A stretch of 64,000 bases of DNA, from the IMG/VR virus record IMGVR_UViG_3300020048_000012; one strand, written 5' to 3'. The first letter of the stretch is position 1. Every line of letters begins with the position of its first letter. Both the position numbers and the translations under genes were made by a program. This document shows, piece by piece, positions 62,079 through 64,000 of the stretch. The notes beneath the pieces were generated by a model. The model had not been told where the DNA came from. It saw nothing but the letters and a program-made list of their open reading frames with translations, and ran no database searches. Origin of the DNA: a virus.

Positions 62079-62675
62079 ATGGACAGTCTAGAACGAAGAT
62101 TAGTAGAATTAAATGATGCGCTATTAAAATTGTCTATAGGAAATGGTGCTCCAAGTCCAAAGATGATTGAAAGCGCAATGCAGGCGTTATCTGGCGGATA
62201 TTTAAATACAGGTGCTGGAAACGATACTGTCATTATCAATCAAGGAGATAATAATGGATGCGAATGTCCTCCCGGACCGCCCGGAGAACAAGGACCTCCA
62301 GGACCTATTGGACCAATTGGACCGACTGGAGAACAAGGCCCGCCAGGAGAACCTGGTCCTAGCGGTCCTCCTGGCCCAGCTGGAGAATGCTCTTGCTCAA
62401 AAAAAGTAATTTCTAAAAATTACACTGCAACATGCAATGACTATTATATTGGTGTTTCTTCTACTAAATCAGTCACAGTCACACTTCCAACTGAGTGCGA
62501 AGATTGTTGTGAGTTGGTTATAAAATTAGAAATGGAACCTCCTATAGGAAATAGGAAGGTTACTATTAAAACGAATGACGATAGCACGATAGATGGAGAA
62601 GAGTCTATAGTGCTGACCGTTCCATACGATAGCGTGCGACTCATTTGCCGAGGCGGCAATTGGTGGATCATTTAA
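62079..62675 (+). CDS. Collagen-like (Gly-X-Y) protein with C-terminal beta domain
   Basis: About 12 GPP/GEQ triplets flanked by CEC; DYYIGV...VTLP. Confidence 0.88.
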   Translation: MDSLERRLVELNDALLKLSIGNGAPSPKMIESAMQALSGGYLNTGAGNDTVIINQGDNNGCECPPGPPGEQGPPGPIGPIGPTGEQGPPGEPGPSGPPGPAGECSCSKKVISKNYTATCNDYYIGVSSTKSVTVTLPTECEDCCELVIKLEMEPPIGNRKVTIKTNDDSTIDGEESIVLTVPYDSVRLICRGGNWWII

Positions 62676-62685
62676 AGGAAAAATC

Positions 62686-62901
62686 ATGTATTACGATTAT
62701 TATTACTACAACCCTCTTCACACATATCATTACAGCCCCTACAATCATTATTACTATTCTCCTTACTACAATGGAGTGTATCAAAGTTTGTACAGCACTG
62801 GATATATGAGCGACGTATATCAGAACAGCTATATCAATTCTTGGCTAGCCCCAGCACCAACTCATCGTCGTGAAAAACGTAAACTTGCAAAAAGGAAATA
62901 A
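62686..62901 (+). CDS. Tyr-rich small protein
   Basis: YY-rich N-terminal half, basic tail, AGGA RBS. Confidence 0.65.
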   Translation: MYYDYYYYNPLHTYHYSPYNHYYYSPYYNGVYQSLYSTGYMSDVYQNSYINSWLAPAPTHRREKRKLAKRK

Positions 62902-62902
62902 T

Positions 62903-63247
62903 ATGTATAAGAAAACAACTACAGTCGAAGAATTCTTTGATACAGCAGCACCACCGATGATGCAAAATCTTGGTGCTCAGAACGGTATAAGAACTCCGCA
63001 TCCTAAAGCGTTAAAACCAGTACTAAGAGTTGACGTACCATTGATGATTCGTTTATTAGAATATGCTAAAGAAGATGCTGTATCTGATATTGAATTACAT
63101 GAAATGGTTGAACGCATGATGGAGTTATGCGAATATGGCGAAGTGCTTGAAATGGACGATTATGATGCAATCGTAATTGCGAATGTTGTTTACGATGATT
63201 CTAATAAAGCAGTGACTGTTGGTCCTACGCCGCCTGTAACACCATGA
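62903..63247 (+). CDS. Hypothetical protein
   Basis: DVPLMIRLLEYAKEDA..D.ELH; start after the AGGA RBS. Confidence 0.7.
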   Translation: MYKKTTTVEEFFDTAAPPMMQNLGAQNGIRTPHPKALKPVLRVDVPLMIRLLEYAKEDAVSDIELHEMVERMMELCEYGEVLEMDDYDAIVIANVVYDDSNKAVTVGPTPPVTP

Positions 63248-64000
63248 GTAAGATAGTCGCCGAAGTCAACAAGAATATCATTAAACCAGCAAGACCGAGT
63301 TATAAAGACTTAGTTTACCAATCAAAGGCGGTAACACCCAAACAAAAGGTTGATATGAGAGAATGGGATCTTGGTGTCGAAGATCAAAGTTCACTCGGTA
63401 GTTGCGTTGGTAATGCAGTTGCGACTGCGTATGAGATATTAGTAAAGAAAGAATTTCCTGAAAAATCGACCGATTTAAGTAGACTATTCGTTTATTACAA
63501 TGGGCGATTACTCGAAGGATCAGAGAAAATCGATGATGGCGTATCAGTGAAGAGCGCAGTTAAAAGCGTTTTCCATTATGGTGTATGCAATGAAAAGCTT
63601 TGGCCATATAACATCACGGCGTTTGATAATCAACCAACTCCTTCATGTTATAGAGACGCAATAGGTCGACGTATTTCAAAGTATCAGAAAGTCTTTGATA
63701 CAACTGATATGATCGGGGCGCTAGACGCAGGAAAGCCCATCGTAATGGGCTTATACACATTTAATGGATTTTCTGATTTAACGAAAACAGATTCCATTGT
63801 TAAAATGCCAACAGATAAAGATGCTTATTTTGGTGCGCACTCAATGACTATAGTTGGATACGATCTCGATAAAAAATTATTTCTCGCCAAGAACAGTTAT
63901 GGCGCAGAATGGGGCGATAATGGTTATTGCTGGATTCCATTTGATTACGCAAAGCCATACTTATTCGATAAATGGATTTTTGATATCACAGATCCTTATA
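63244..64000 (+). CDS. Papain-family (C1) cysteine protease, truncated by the window end
   Basis: Manual translation: DQSSLGSC, LSRLFVYY, GAHSMTIVGY, KNSYG..WG..GY. Confidence 0.9.
   Translation, partial: MSKIVAEVNKNIIKPARPSYKDLVYQSKAVTPKQKVDMREWDLGVEDQSSLGSCVGNAVATAYEILVKKEFPEKSTDLSRLFVYYNGRLLEGSEKIDDGVSVKSAVKSVFHYGVCNEKLWPYNITAFDNQPTPSCYRDAIGRRISKYQKVFDTTDMIGALDAGKPIVMGLYTFNGFSDLTKTDSIVKMPTDKDAYFGAHSMTIVGYDLDKKLFLAKNSYGAEWGDNGYCWIPFDYAKPYLFDKWIFDITDPY

Noticed and set aside
1-64000. Stop-codon reassignment or suppressor tRNAs
   Set aside because: Core genes are intact under the standard code and no CUA, UUA or UCA anticodon tRNA was found.

Overview
A 64-kb segment of a large T4-like myovirus genome. 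It carries topoisomerase genes 39/52, DNA ligase 30, rnh and dsbA, T4-type early promoters and TATAAATA late promoters. Nearly everything is on the minus strand. Layout: (1) early genes plus topoisomerase (1-13.8 kb). (2) A ~11-kb tRNA array (13.8-24.6 kb) with about 39 recognisable tRNA genes covering all 20 amino acids, several degenerate or tRNA-like elements, and at least a dozen stem-closed non-coding elements. (3) A replication block (25-30 kb). (4) A long accessory region of small ORFs driven by repeated early promoters, with RNA-repair, NAD-salvage and HD-hydrolase genes (30-60 kb). (5) A plus-strand cassette: LuxR-type regulator, coiled-coil, collagen-like and Tyr-rich proteins, papain-like protease (60.4-64 kb). 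Best candidates for an undescribed system: (a) a coiled-coil protein gene followed directly by a ~320-nt structured RNA with a 7-nt-periodic repeat tract (15470-16456); (b) the set of stem-closed ncRNAs in the tRNA array; (c) a leader-peptide/terminator/antiterminator element in front of the tRNA array; (d) a Hyg5/FkbO-like chorismatase, 2OG-Fe(II) oxygenase and CDGSH operon at the end of the array. Limits: all folding, anticodon reading and family assignment was done by eye with no searches, and coordinates may be off by 1-3 nt. Many small hypothetical ORFs are not listed individually.
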